Source: Malacoraja senta (taxonomy: Eukaryota). From it: a DNA stretch of 64,000 nucleotides. Both the position numbers and the translations under genes were made by a program. The stretch is from contig CM075990.1 of the NCBI GenBank assembly GCA_038087875.1, positions 17,610,001 to 17,674,000 on the forward strand. Direction: 5' to 3'. Position 1 is the first letter of the stretch; every line of letters starts with the position of its first letter. The notes under the pieces are model-generated. The model was not told where the DNA came from, made no database searches, and saw only the letters and a program-made list of their open reading frames with translations. Below, piece after piece: positions 34,923-49,361 of the stretch.

Positions 34923-37900
34923 ATCTCCAGTCTCTTGTGTCTACATCTGTGGAGGGAAATGGACAGACAACGTTTTGAGACTGGGCCTTTCTTCAGACTG
35001 AGTCCATGAGGCTGGCTGGTAACAGCTATTCCAATACCTGCTCGCTCTCCCGCTCTCCACACCTCTTTCTGGGATCCTCTCCCCCTATTTGTGCTCATTT
35101 CTGACTCACGAGCAGCGGTCAGGAACGTAACCCTGTTAGTACCTGAAGTATTGATAGTAGTAGCTCCTTTATTGCCACACGTGGCCACCTGTTCCCGTGC
35201 TGCCTGACTCTATGACTCTGTGACTATGTAATGGTACATGGAAAGGCTTTGGTTTGCATACAGTCGAGTAAAATCACACCATATGTAGGTACAATCAGCC
35301 ATGATTGAATGGCAGAGCAGACTTGATGGGCCGAATGGCCTAATTCGGCTCCTATACTTTATGAACTAATCATACATAAGGATAAGAGTGCAATGATTGA
35401 GTAGATTTCTTCTGAGACAGTAGACAGCCACCAGTTGTGCGTGGAAACCAGCCGGTGATGATGGTGGAGGCAGATATGACCGTGGTATTTGAGAGAGTTT
35501 TGGATATAGTGCATGATATGCAGGGAATGGAGGTAATGATTATGTACAGGCAGGTAAGTAATGGTCTTAGCATGATGTCCAGCACAGACCTTGTGGGTCA
35601 AAGGACTTGCTTTTCGGCTGTACTGTTCTATGGTCTGTGTTCTTGCTGCATCATCTTGTAGGCAGGAACGGGGTACTGATTGGGGATGATCAGCCATAAC
35701 CACATTGAATGGTGGTGCTGGCTCGAAGGGCCGAATGGCCTACTCCTGCACCTATTGTCTATTGTCTATTGTCTGTTGTCTATTGTAAAGGCCCATGAAT
35801 GATATTTGTGTGTAATCCCAGCTCCCCGCCTACACTAACGCTTCATTCCCCTCAGGACCAAAGTCTAAAAAAGTCCTGACAGGAATCTCACCCAGTGCTT
35901 TCCCAATAATGGGAGAGGGTTCACACACAATGAAAACCTGAGCTGCGGAGAAGGAACGCTGGTTTAGAAGCTAAGCCCCATTTATCATAGATTACTGCCA
36001 TATAAACTCTGATTGAGACAGTTAAACAACTGGCCAGCACTGCCTTGTTATTCTAAACTGTTACTGGCTCAGCGTAAACAGAATGCCCGCACAGCGCTGG
36101 TGAATTACTGCAGTTATGAAACAGCTCTTGAAACACACAACGCCTGTTTTATTTAATGTTCGACTCGTTCATTAAGTTGCAGTTTTCACTGTGTTGAGTA
36201 TAGCAGCACCAGGGTGAAGCAAGGGGGCTGTTTCTCTGCCTTTCCAGCAGAGTTTATCGTGATGATAACACTGCCAATACCTAATGAGGATTTGCTTTTA
36301 ATACTTTCATTAAGGTGTCAAGCGGGCAGACCAATCTGCTGCTTTATCCAGCCAGTTCAAAGAGAAATCCGTGTCTTATAAATATTCCTGATAAATAATT
36401 GCCATTTAATCACTGCCAGCCAGAAACCTGGCCTTTCCAATGTGTTTCTAAGCAGCTGAACAAACAGTGAAGTGACCCACATTATCTGTGAGGTAGCCAC
36501 AATCATTCTAATCAACGTGACACAGAGGGCAGTGGTGAAAGTGTGTCCCACAGGTCCCAAACCAGGGGAAATAACGTACATTCTTCACAACTCTGCCTGA
36601 GAAAAGGGGTTAGTCTCCCTTTTCTTCTTGGATAAGTTGTCCCGCTGGGAGAAACATGAGAAGCGATCGATAACAAGCCCAATTGACAACCATGGAGGGT
36701 TTCATTTTCTTTTTAATAATTTTGATTTTTAATTCAATATGTTTTGAAAGCAGTCTTAGCATGTTGTCAGCCAGTTGTTATGAATATGTGGGAAGTCTTT
36801 GCAGGAAACAACAGCACATGCTGATAATTCATGCATCTCTTAACGATGTCAAGGAGTTGTGGTTCTATTCCTAGTCCCAGCATGTGGGAGATTGGAAAGT
36901 GCCTGCAAATAGGCTGTTTATGATAATAAGGTTAAGAATAGTTCTTTCTTAGAAAATACTGTAGCTTTGCCCTTTGAGAGTGAGCATATTCCCAGTCTGA
37001 GAACATCAGTCCTTAAAGCATCAACAGTCCAGACTCCACACCATTGACTCCATCTACACCTCACGCTGCCTCAGAAAAGCGGACAACATCATCAAAAACT
37101 TCTCCCCCTCCATTTCTTCTTCTTCCTGCCCCCATCCAGCCTCAAGCTACAGAAGCTTGAAAGCGCGTACCACCAGACCCAGGAACAGCCTCTTCCCCTC
37201 TGTTATCAGACTTCTGAACGGTCCTTCCTTAAGCTAGGCTACCGTCCAATTCACCTCTACCCCATTGCAGACGTTGGACTTTGTTTATAGAATTATTACA
37301 CTACAATGTTGAGAACTATATTCTGCATTCTGTATCTTCCTCTTGGCTCTGCCTATTGGGCTTGAGTTTGGTTTGTTTGTATGGATGTGTGGTATTATCT
37401 GGCTTGATTGGAGAGCTTGCAATACAAAGCTTTCCATTGTATCCCCATACATGTGACAAGAATAAACATAAATCACAACAAAAATCATCTGAAGGATAAT
37501 ATTGCTGTGTAAAAATCACATCTTTGACCACAACTCTAAACTTTTACTTCAGCTTAGAGGATTACGACTAAATCTCTCCTTCTCTTTAATTATTCTCTTT
37601 CCTTCCTTCCTCCAAACCCTCAGATTTTTAAACGGGTGTCACCGATTATCATTCCCATATTTCCTCAGAAGTAGACACAAAAAGCTGGAGTAACTCAGGG
37701 GGACAGACAGCATCTCTAGAGAGAAGGAATGGGTGACGTTTCTGGTCGAGGCCCTTCTTTATTAGATTGGGTAGATAGTCGCAGTCTTTCCCCAAGGGTA
37801 GGGGAGTCCTGAACCAGAGGGCACAGATTTTAAACATTCCAATCACATCTGCTTCCACCACTCTGGCAGCTTGTTCTTCTCTGTGAAAATGTTACTCTTC

Positions 37901-39817
37901 AGATCTTTAAATTTCTTCCTCCTCACCTTAAATATATTGGGGCAGGTATATGGCCAGGAATGGTATGGACAGTTATGGCCCAACGTGGGCAAGTTGGAGG
38001 AGATAGACTTGGTCGGCATGGACAAAATGGGCTGAATGGCCTGTTTCTGCACTGACTGATTCCATAACACATGTTCCCGTGCTTTACATGGCTTTGCATC
38101 ATTGCGATTAGTTGCAGGCACTTCATCATTCATAACATCTACCACTGCTGATATACTTCACAGTCTGTGTCTCTCCCCCTTTTCTCCTTCTCTCCCTCCA
38201 ATTTACAATCACCTAATGGAGGCCATTCGGTCAGCTCTGCCTGTGTCGGCTATTGCAGAGACCATCAGTCCCACTCTCTGCTCTAGCCCCAATCTTTATT
38301 TTTAACTAAATCTCTTACACCCCAGTGCATTTCCACAACACAATACTGTTTGTATTTAAACAATGCCAAAATATAAAACCTCACAGATGAAGATACAAAG
38401 CCATAACGTAATCATACATTTGAGTAAATTGTATGAGGGGAATGGATGAAGTGACGGCTCAAGTTGTTTTCCCAGGGTTGAGGATTCTAAAACTAGAGGG
38501 CTTAGGCTTAGGGTCAGAGGGGAGAGATTGATGAGGGACCTCAGGGGCAACTAGTCCACTCACCGGGCAGTCCATGTCTGAAGTTAACTGCTGATTCTGA
38601 CTTCTAAAATACATTTGGATAGAAATATGGATAGGAAGGATAAATACAGGGAAATGGGACTAGATCAATCTGCCAACTTGGTGGGCATTGAACAGATGGG
38701 CTGAAGGGTCTGTTTTGATGCTGTACAGATCTATGACTGTAATATACTTGATGTGTGGCTATGTTATGAAGAAGTATAATGTCCTACCAAGACCAACAAG
38801 TGGCTCTGGGCCTTGTCTTGGTTATCCAATATTGAGATACATGCTGCGTTTTACTTCGCGCCTGTTGATGAAATGTTTGCATTTACTGTGGGGGAACTAT
38901 TTGCAGATGAGGAAACAATGGATGTGCAGTTCCACAGACCCAAACAACCATAGGCAGATAATTCACCCGCTCTGTCACAGGGATATCCGATATGAGAGAA
39001 TGCAATAGGATAAAATTCACTGTATAAACATTGTAATTACCTTACCACAAGAAACAGACATATAATTGTCTGAGAGGAATATGGGAATCTGGGCTGCAAT
39101 TAAAAGTTGATTCTTTCAACCACATATGATTTATTTGACTAAATCAAATTCCTCTTAAAGGAGAAAGTTGATTCAATGAACAGAACTGCCATCTGTGTGG
39201 AATTACATTAAGAGTACATTGTTTGCCAATCAGACTTCCCAATCACTGGTACTTGCCACACGCCGGTCTGCCACAATATTAGTGTGGGTGAGCTGCTGCT
39301 CCACAAACGGTGATCATAAATCCTTCTACCTCAACCCACTGCTGTAACATGACAGTTTCCCCGTGACTTTCAGTCTGAAGAAGGGTCTCGACCCGAAACA
39401 TCAGCCATTCCTTCTCCCCAGAGATGCTGCCTCCCACTGAGTTACTCCAGCACTCTGTGAAACGTCACCCATTCCTTCTCTCCAGAGATGCTGCCTGACC
39501 TGCTGAGTTACTCCAGCACTCTGTGAAACGTCACCCATTCCTTCTCTCCAGAGATGCTGCCTGACCCACTGAGTTACTCCAGCACTCTGTGAAACGTCAC
39601 CCATTCCTTCTCTCCAGAGATGCTGCCTGTCCCGCTGAGTTGATGAATGATTTCCAATTTTTGCTGTTCACAGGAAAGTTGTGATTGCAGTTGTGAAATG
39701 GATGTGACAGTGTTTGTATTCTTTCATTCTCCCTCTCTCTCTCTCTCCCTTTCTCTCCTTCTCTCTCTCCCCATCCATCTTTCCCTCTCTCTTTATCCTT
39801 TCTTAGTGTCTCCGCAG

Positions 39818-39930
39818 GACAGCTGTCATTGATGATAAACAGATGTAAGTGCTGTGGGGGTACAATGCAACGTGGCCCAAGCAGCATTCAGAAGCTGATG
39901 GTGCTTCCCAATCCTAACCGAATAAAATGA
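39818..39930 (+). pseudogene. Orphan inverted duplicate of CXCL12-like exon 2 (GQLSLMINRCKCCGGTMQRGPSSIQKLMVLPNPNRIK-stop)
   Basis: Same acceptor (gtctccgcag) and homologous upstream intron. Similarity ends near 39918, just before the third Cys. There is no donor, TGA is in frame at 39928-39930, and no plus-strand exon 1 or 3 was found. Confidence 0.8.
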
Positions 39931-41529
39931 CTTTATTCCTTCAGTGACTGTCTTTGCCGTTCACAGTTGTTTCCCCATCTGACTCTCATGGATTTAACAC
40001 AAAGCACTTCACGTTGGAAGTGGGGACTCTCCTGGTTCCTTCAGTCTCTCCTGGGCAGGATAATCTAATAGAGATGAACATATAATCCTGAGGGAGTCCG
40101 GCCAACATTCTACCCATGAATCGTTTGGAGAGCGTGCTTGCTTTATAACGTCGGTGGAAAAGGACACAGAGAGGTTCCATTACTGAAGCAATGTGGTTGA
40201 GAAATAAAACCTGTTGTTGAAGTCAACCAAAAAGCAACTGGGCACAGACGATCTGTGTGACTGATGGGGTCAGGTCCATCTCTATAATTAGTCACCACTA
40301 CAAAATCCAACTCATAACTGCTCAAAATAAACGAGAAGTCCTTTGAGCAAAGCATAATTAAAAATATTTGGATGTAAATCATGGGGTCACGACCCCTGTC
40401 ATAGCAGTGATATGCTCCGCTGGGATTGGGTTAAACATGATCTTTGAAAGAGATTTACTGTCAGGGGATCGATTTATTTGTTTTATTTAAGTCCTTTCTT
40501 CCAATTCCCATATACGCAGCATTAAGTCTGTTTTAACAGCCCATTTTCCACTGAACATCTCTCTACCATGGTTCCCACAATACACGTTGACCCACCATGC
40601 CATTCCCCACCAAGGCAAGATTCCACAGGCTACTTTTTAAAAGACAATTCCAAGGGAGAGGAATGATGATCATTGGAAACAGGAGCGAGCTGTCGTGGCT
40701 TTGTCAAGGGCTGATCCTGGATGGCCAAGCCGTCTCGACACTTCGAAGTGGGAACACAGTGTGTTGATGAGGGCAGGCCGGTAGATGTGGTTCATGTGGA
40801 TTCCACTAAACTCTTTCACAAGGTCCCACGACAAGGTTGTGACCGGAGATCATCACGATGGCGCCCAAGCCAGGTGACTATTTGCGTGCTAGACACAGCA
40901 GCAGATCTACATCAATAGACAATAGGTGCAGGAGGAGGCCATTCGGCCCTTTGAGTCAGCACCGCCATTCATTGTGATCATGGCTGATCATCCACAATCA
41001 TCAGTACCCCATTCCTGCCTTCTCCCCATATCCCCTGACTCCACTATCTTTAAGAGCCCTATCACATCTAACAATCTCTCCACTCTCTCACATCTAATCT
41101 GTACACTGGGAACGGCTCAATAGGAATCATAAGTCATAAGGAATAGGAGTAGAATTAGGCCATTCGGCCCATCACGTCTACTCCGCCATTTAATCATGGC
41201 TGATCTATCTCTCCCTCGTTGTCTTTCCACTCACTGGTTAGCACGTAACAAAAGCTTTCCACTGTACCTCGGTACACATGACAACAACTGGACAGAGGCG
41301 GTGAAGTGAAGGTGGGAGTCTGATTCATATGGTTCTGAGTCATGTGCGCTGAGCTGGACATGAAGTTGGTTGGCGCTATGAGTGTGAGTGACAGCATAGG
41401 GTTGTTTTTGTGATTGGACGTCTGTGGCTGGTGATGTCACGTACAGATCGGCGCTGGGGCATTTGTTGCTTGTAACATAAGTGAGTGATTTGGTTGACGA
41501 TGTGGGAGGAAAGATCAGCATGTTCACGT

Positions 41530-42055
41530 CCCTAACAACTCTCACCAACTTCTACAGATGCGCCATAGAAAGCATTTTATTGGGCTGCCTCACAACCTTG
41601 TTTGGGAACGACCTCCATCCAAGACCGCAAAAATTGCAGAGAGCTGTGGAATAGCCCGGACCATCACACAAACCAACCTCCCTTCCATTCACTCCATGGA
41701 AACTTCACGCTGCCTCGGCAAGGCCACCAGCATAACCAAGGACAAGTCACTCCCTCTTCTCCGCTCTCCCATCAGGCAAGAGGTACAGAAGTTTGAAAAG
41801 TCAAACCACCAGATTCAGGGACAGTTTCTTCTCAGCTGTTATCAGGCGACTGAACCATCCTCTCATCAGCTAGAGTGTGGTCCTGACCTCCCATCTATCT
41901 CATTGGACAACTTTGATTTATCTTTCCTGCACTAAATGATCTACTGTATCCTGCATCTGGATGCTGTAATCATGTTTAGTCATTTTGCTGACTGGACAGC
42001 ACCCAACAAAATAGTTTTTCACTGTACCTCGGTACACATGACAATAATAATCTGA
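41530..42055 (+). mobile_element. Rex1/Babar-type LINE 3' end
   Basis: Encodes an LTNFYRCAIESIL..FGN..QDRK.LQ-like region and ends in a cactgtacctcggtacacatgacaataa tail. Related pieces near 2860-3310(-), 23470-23910(-), 37020-37470(+), 47437-47755(-) and 58310-58560(+). Confidence 0.7.
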
Positions 42056-43325
42056 ACTAAAATAAATGAATGACACAAAGACTGGTGGTGGAAGTGATAG
42101 TGTGGAAGGTAGTCTTGACTGTAGAGTGATAGCGATGTGTGCTGAAAAATAGCAGGTAGGTTAATTCAGACAAATGTGAGATGATGCATTTGGAATCACG
42201 ACAGGTTGGAACGTGCAGGGTAGAGTCTGAGGAATTGCTTAGGAACAGGAGGACAAGGATAGCAATCCTCATAGGTGGCTTCACAGGTAGGTAAGATGGC
42301 TAAGAAGACATAGAAACATAGAAACATAGAAAATAGGTGCAGGAGGAGGCCATTCGGCCCTTCGAGCCAGCACCGCCATTCATTGCAATCATGGCTGATC
42401 GTCCCCAATCATTAACCCGTGCCTGCCTTCTCCCCATATCCCTTGACTCCACTAGCCCCTAAAGCTCTATCTAACTCTCATGACTTATACTCAACTATGT
42501 ATTGGGAGCTACTGAGAGGTTTGGTAGAATGGGTGAAGAAACATCCCTTGGAGGTCAACACTCCCGACATCCTTCCCTATGGATGGTGCAAGAGGCAGTA
42601 ACGAGGACACATCCCTTGTTGCCCATCTCGACACAGGTCTGTACCTAGTTCCCTGCAACAAATATCATTCTTAGAACTAAATCTACAAGACAGCTAAGGT
42701 CAGACTTTAATTGCAGCATAACTGCTCCCAAATGTAAAACAGGATAAGAGATAGAGTTACAGGTTATAGACAGTGTGAACACAGTCAGGGGCTCGATTAT
42801 GTCTCATCTTTATGATGAAATTATTGGCTCAATTGGCTCTGGATAATAGTCAGAATAGTAATTAAATATAAAAATACTTTTCATCTCAGAGGGCGGTGGA
42901 GGCCGGTTCTCTGGATACTTTCAAGAGAGAGCTAGATAGGGCTCTTAAAGATAGCGGAGTCAGGGGATATGGGGAGAAGGCAGGAACGGGGTATTGATTG
43001 GGGATGATCAGCCATGATCACATTGAATGGCGGTGCTGGCTTGAAGGGCTGAATGGCCTGCTCCTGCACCTGATGCCTATTGTCTATTGTCTATCAGGCA
43101 GCTGTCGTCAATGGATCTGAACGCACACTGTGTTATGTGATGTCCTGTGACAGTAAGGTCAGCACTATGGTTCAGCTCGCCCTCCATATTCAATACTGAA
43201 CTCTGCATCTGTCTGTGTGGAGTTTGCATGTATTCCCTGTAATCATCTGAGTGCTCCATTTGCTAAAAGACGTGTTGGCAGGTTAATGGCCATTGTGAAC
43301 GACCACAGGACCACACTGCTCCACT

Positions 43326-43457
43326 GCACGCGCTCGCACACACACACGCACTCACACTCACACACACACACACACGCACCCACACGCACATGCACACGCA
43401 CCCACACACCCACACACCCACACCCACACCACCCACACCCACACCCACACACCCACA

Positions 43458-43492
<35 letters not shown>

Positions 43493-43606
43493 TCACACTC
43501 ACACACACACACACGCACCCACACGCACATGCACACGCACCCACACACCCACACACCCACACCCACACCACCCACACCCACACCCACACACCCACACTCA
43601 CACACA

Positions 43607-43662
<56 letters not shown>

Positions 43663-43724
43663 ACACACACTCACACACATGCACACGCACCCACACACAC
43701 ACACACACACACACACCACACACA

Positions 43725-43760
<36 letters not shown>

Positions 43761-43767
43761 ACACACA

Positions 43768-43825
<58 letters not shown>

Positions 43826-43894
43826 ACACACACTCACACACATGCACACACCACCCACACCCACACCACCCACACCCACACCCACACACCCACA

Positions 43895-43930
<36 letters not shown>

Positions 43931-43955
43931 ACACACACTCACACACATGCACACG

Positions 43956-43990
<35 letters not shown>

Positions 43991-44031
43991 GCACCCACCC
44001 ACACTCACACACATGCACACACACACACACA

Positions 44032-44066
<35 letters not shown>

Positions 44067-44117
44067 GTACCCACCCACACACACACCCACACCCACCCAC
44101 ACACACACACCCACACT

Positions 44118-44148
<31 letters not shown>

Positions 44149-44204
44149 ACACACACTCACACTCACACTCACACTCACACTCACACTCACACCCACACTC
44201 ACAC

Positions 44205-44256
<52 letters not shown>

Positions 44257-44289
44257 ACACTCACACACACACACACACACACACACTCC

Positions 44290-44362
<73 letters not shown>

Positions 44363-44365
44363 ACA

Positions 44366-44406
<41 letters not shown>

Positions 44407-44538
44407 CACCCACACACACACACACGCACGCACGCACGCACGCACGCACCCACACACACACACACACACACCCACACACACACACCCCCACACACACACA
44501 TACACACACACACCCTCACACACACACACCCACACCCA

Positions 44539-44569
<31 letters not shown>

Positions 44570-44585
44570 TACACTACACTACACT
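43326..44585. repeat. Compound (CA)n-derived microsatellite
   Basis: Interrupted CA repeats with duplicated sub-blocks. Confidence 0.95.
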
Positions 44586-45619
44586 TCCCCCAGCCACCCA
44601 TCTCCTACCCCTTCTGACCTCGGGTCAGGGATCTCTGGCATCCAGCAGCTGCAATGTCATCAACTGAGGAAAAATATCTCAGAAAAATATACACATTCTT
44701 CACTTTGTTTCCCAAAACTTCACAAGGCAACAGGGTTGACACGTCTTCATCAGACTGAGCCAGAAACCGAAATAACATAAACTTTTAAAATTAAAAACTC
44801 ACAATTTTCTCATATGTTTATGTAATGAGGATTATGATCCATATACACACTAGCACACTGGGTCATGTGTGTAGTGATATCCCCTCTATATTCCCCAGTC
44901 AAAACTCACACAAGCCCATGTCCAGCATAGAGTATGATCAGGGTGATTTACAGTCAAACCTGTTCATAAATACATTAAATCCTCGTTAACTCCACCAATT
45001 CTGCTGGAGAACATTGTGAATCGGCAGCAACTCAAGAGTCAACAGCAGGATGTACCAACAACTGAACTATGAAATTCCTACCTGCTGCAGCATAACAGGT
45101 CGGTAAACACAAACGTTTTCGCTCGGAGGGTGGTAGTTGAGGCAAGCTCTGTAACAATATTTAAAAGACACTTAAATATATTGTCTTTCAAATCCTGTAT
45201 AGGGTACATGGATATGAAAGGGATATGGACCAAATGCTGGCAAATGGAACTAGCTCAGATGGGGCATGTTGGTCGACATGGTCACGTTGGGCGAAGGGCC
45301 ATGCTTCCAAGGTGAGTGACTGTCTCGCAGATGAGGACACCAAAGACTGATGGTTTCACCAAAGTGCCTCTGCAAGATCCTCATGCCTGTCTACCTCTGA
45401 TACTGGGACTTTTCTCTCTGAGTTTCACATCAAGCTGTTCTCCCCAGCCCCCTCACTCCGTACAGTCCATCCACCCCTCACCCATACGATGTGCCTGCCA
45501 AACCTCTCCCCCTGAGTCAGCCAGTCCCCAGACACTGTCTGTGAGTGGTGAGTGTCTTGGGGAGTGGGAAAAGAAAGCCTCTCCCCACCAGTTCCATCAA
45601 GCTCTCCTGCAGTGCCTTT

Positions 45620-46890
45620 GTGAAACCATGACTGTGTGAGACCGTGACTGTGTGAGACCGTGACTGTGTGAGACCGTGACTGAGTGAGACCGTGACTGTG
45701 AGACCGTGACTGTGTGAGACAGTGACTGTGTGAGACCGTGACTGAGTGAGACCGTGACTGTGAGACCGTGACTGTGTGAGACCGTGACTGTGAGACCGTG
45801 ACTGTGTGAGACCGTGACTGTGTGAGACCGTGTCTACGTGAGACCATGACTGTGTGAGACCGTGACTGTGAGACCGTGACTGTGTGAGACCGTGACTGTG
45901 TGAGACAGTGACTGTGAGACCGTGACTGTGAGATCGTGACTGTGAGACCGTGACCGTGTGAGACCGTGTCTGTGTGAGACCGTGACTGTGTGAGACCGTG
46001 ACTGTGAGACCGTGACTGTGAGACCGTGACTGTGAGACCGTGACTGAGTGAGACCGTGACTGTGAGACCGTGACTGTGTGAGACCGTGACTGTGAGACCG
46101 TGACTGAGTGAGACCGTAACTGTGTGAGACCGTGACTGTGTGAGACCGTGACTGTGTGAGACCATGACTGTGAGACCGTGACTGTGTGAGACCGTGACTG
46201 TGTGAGACCGTGACTGTGAGACCGTGACTGTGAGACCGTGACTGTGTGAGACCGTGACTGTGAGACCGTGACTGTGTGAGACCGTGACTGTGTGAGACCG
46301 TGACTGTGTGAGACCGTGACTGTGAGACCGTGACTGTGAGACCGTGACTGTGTGAGACCGTGACTGTGAGACCGTGACTGTGTGAGACCGTGACTGTGAG
46401 ACCGTGACTGTGAGATCGTGACTGTGAGACCGTGACTGTGTGAGACCGTGACTGTGAGACCGTGACTGTGTGAGACCGTGACTGTGTGAGACCGTGACTG
46501 TGAGACCGTGACTGTGAGACCGTGACTGTGTGAGACCGTGACTGTGAGACCATGACTGTGTGAGACCGTGACTGTGAGACCGTGACTGTGAAACCGTGTC
46601 TACGTGAGACCGTGACTGGGTGAGACCGTGACCACGTGAAACCGTGACTGTGCGTGAGACCGTGACTGTGAGACCGTGACTGGGTGAGACCGTGACTGTG
46701 TGAGACCGTGACTGTGAGACCGTGACTGTGGAACCGTGTCTACGTGAGACCGTGACTGGGTGAGACCGTGACCACGTGAAACCGTGACTGTGCGTGAGAC
46801 CGTGACTGTGTGAGACCGTGACTGTGCGAGACCGTGTCTACGTGAGACCGTGACTGCGTGAGACCGTGTCTACGTGAGACCGTGACCACG
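45620..46890. repeat. 14/16-bp minisatellite
   Basis: Units gtgactgtgagacc and gtgactgtgtgagacc, with variant units clustered at the right end. Confidence 0.95.
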
Positions 46891-47019
46891 CGGCTTGATT
46901 GTCTTCATGTATTTTTCATGTCTATTCTGTGACAGGATAGCACGCAACAAACACATTTTTCTCTGTAACTATGGCACAGATTTCAGTTCAGTTTAGTTTG
47001 GTTTACTGTCACTTGTATA

Positions 47020-47437
47020 GAAACATAGAAAATAGGTGCAGGAGGAGGCCATTCGCCCGTTCGAGCCAGCACCGCCATTCATTGTGATCATGGCTGATCG
47101 TCCCCTATCAATAACCCGTGCCTGCCTTCTCCCCACATCCCTTGACTCCACTAGCCCCTAGAGCTCTATCTAACTCTCTCTTAAATCCATCCAGTGACTT
47201 GGCCTCCACTGCCCTCTGTGGCAGGGAATTCCATAAATTCACAACTCTCTGGGTGAAAACGTTTTTTCTCACCTCAGTCTTAAATGACCTCCCCTTTATT
47301 CTAAGACTGTGGCCCCTTGGTTCTGGACTTGCCCAACATTGGGAACATTTTTCCAGCATCTAGCTTGTCCAGTCCTTTTATAATTTTATATGTTTCTATA
47401 AGATCTCCCCTCATCCTTCTAAACTCCAGTGAATACA
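47020..47437 (-). mobile_element. CR1-clade LINE 3' end
   Basis: Encodes LYSLEFRRMRGDLIETYKIIKGLD..FTQRVVNLWNSLPQ. Shorter copies near 2723, 20150, 22240, 27520, 35440, 42310, 42887 and 59290. Confidence 0.85.
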
Positions 47438-49361
47438 AGTACAGTGAAAAGCTTTTGTTGCGTGCTAACCAGTCAGCGGAAAGACAAAACATGATTACAA
47501 TCAAGTCGTCCACAATGTACAGATGCAGGATAATGGGAATAACATTTTGTGCAAGGTAAAGCCGATCAAAGATAGTCCAAGGGTCTCCAATGAGGTAGGT
47601 AATAGTTCAGGATCGCTCTCGAGTTATTGATAGGATGGTTCAGTTGCCTGATAACAGCTGGGAGGAAACTGTCCCTAAATCTGGAGGTGTGCGTTTTCAC
47701 ACTTCTGTACCTCTTGCCTGACGGGAGAGGGGAGAAGAGGGAGTGACCAGGGTGAGAATAACAAACTGAACTAAACTGAACTAAACTGGATACGCAGAAT
47801 GTAGGTTCAGTGTCTTCACTTGGTCTGTACCTGGTGTGAATAGCGAGGCTTTGAAGAAGCATCAGCAGTCATGGGGTCCACAGCTGCCTACACAAGGGGG
47901 AAGTTGGGATGTACAAAGGGAGCCAGTCATCTGCCAATGTGGCGTGACCCAGCCAACTGCTGCCATTACACGAGCAATAAACCGATGGCAGAGGCCGTCT
48001 CTCACACCTCCTTCACACCCTCAAGACCCAGTCACCCCTGACCCACACACCCCTCTGGGTCAACAAGCCCATCCACTCTCTCTGCCCCACTCCTCCCTTC
48101 ATTATATTGGGCTGAGCAGAGGCTGACAGTGCCACGACTGACAGAGACTCCCCAGGGCTTTGCTACCTGCTCCAACCCCTGCCCCTGTGCGAGCTGCAAG
48201 CCACCTCATTAACCAGTATCAACATAGAAGATGAAAGGAAGTGTTGATTCCGTGCCCCATGGGATACCTGGCTCCATCAATGTGTGGGCCAATGTGAGAA
48301 TCATCCTCAGTGTCGAGCAGTGAACACAAGGAACTGCAGATAGACACACAATGCTGCAGTAACTCACCGGTCTCAACCCAAAACATCACCCATTCCTTCT
48401 CTCCAGAGATGCTGCCTGGCCCGCTGAGTTACTCCAGCTTTTTGTGTCTGTCTTCAGTGTATGTGCAGGTCCTTCCTACACAAGGAACTCTGATACTGAT
48501 ATTCAAAGAAAGGACCAGAGTGCTGGAGTAACTCAGCGGGTCAGGCAGCATCTGTGGAGAACAGGGATAGGTGATGTTTCTCAGAGTGCTGGAGTAACTC
48601 AGCGGGTCAGGCAGCATCTGTGGAGAACATGGATAGGTGACGTTTCACAGAGTGCTGGAGTAACTCAGCGGGTCAGGCAGCATCTGTGGAGCGAAGGAAA
48701 TGGGCAACCTTTCGGGCCAAAACCCTGAAGGAAATAGGCAACGTTTCGGGCCGAAACCCGGAAGGGTTTCGGGCCGAAACGTTGCCTATTTCCTTCGCTC
48801 CATAGATGCTGCTGGAACATGGATAGGTGACGGGTGACGTGGGTCTGAGGAATTATAAGTGGTTGTTGTGCATCAGGGGCATTGTGAATCTGACCTTTGG
48901 TGGGGAGGTTCAGTGAGGAACACACCTCTTTATACCTCCTCTCGGTCACCTGGACAACAGGGCTGGCCACATTGTCCAAGGGAAAAGAACATGTTTGACG
49001 TGAAGAAGCAAATAACTGAGCATCTGCATTGGCAATGATTGGGTGGAGAGCAGGAGGCTGAGGGGTGATCTTGTGGAGGTGTATAAAATCTAGCAACTTA
49101 CAGTAGAGGGCCTATCAACCTTCAAACCCGCACGTTTTGGAATGTGGGAGGAAACCGGAGAAGAACGGGCAAACTCCATACAGACAGTACCCACAGTCAG
49201 GATCGAAACCGGGTCTCTACCACTGCGCCACTGTGCTGCCCTTATTTTAACTTCTGCCATAGAAAGAGAAGCAAGCAGTGAGGATGTTCGTTGACTGCTT
49301 TACATTGCAGTTGCTGAGAAACCTCAACACATGAACTGAACGCCAGTGCTTCATAGTCCAT

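Noticed and set aside
36692..36790. Hydrophobic ORF start (MEGFIFFLIILIFNSICF) as exon 1 for the plus-strand exon 2 copy
   Set aside because: No suitable phase-1 donor and no similarity to the real exon 1. T-rich DNA gives hydrophobic translations by chance.
43217..46553. Long His/Thr-, Val/Cys- and SHSHGLT-rich ORFs
   Set aside because: Artefacts of CA microsatellite and 14/16-bp minisatellite sequence.
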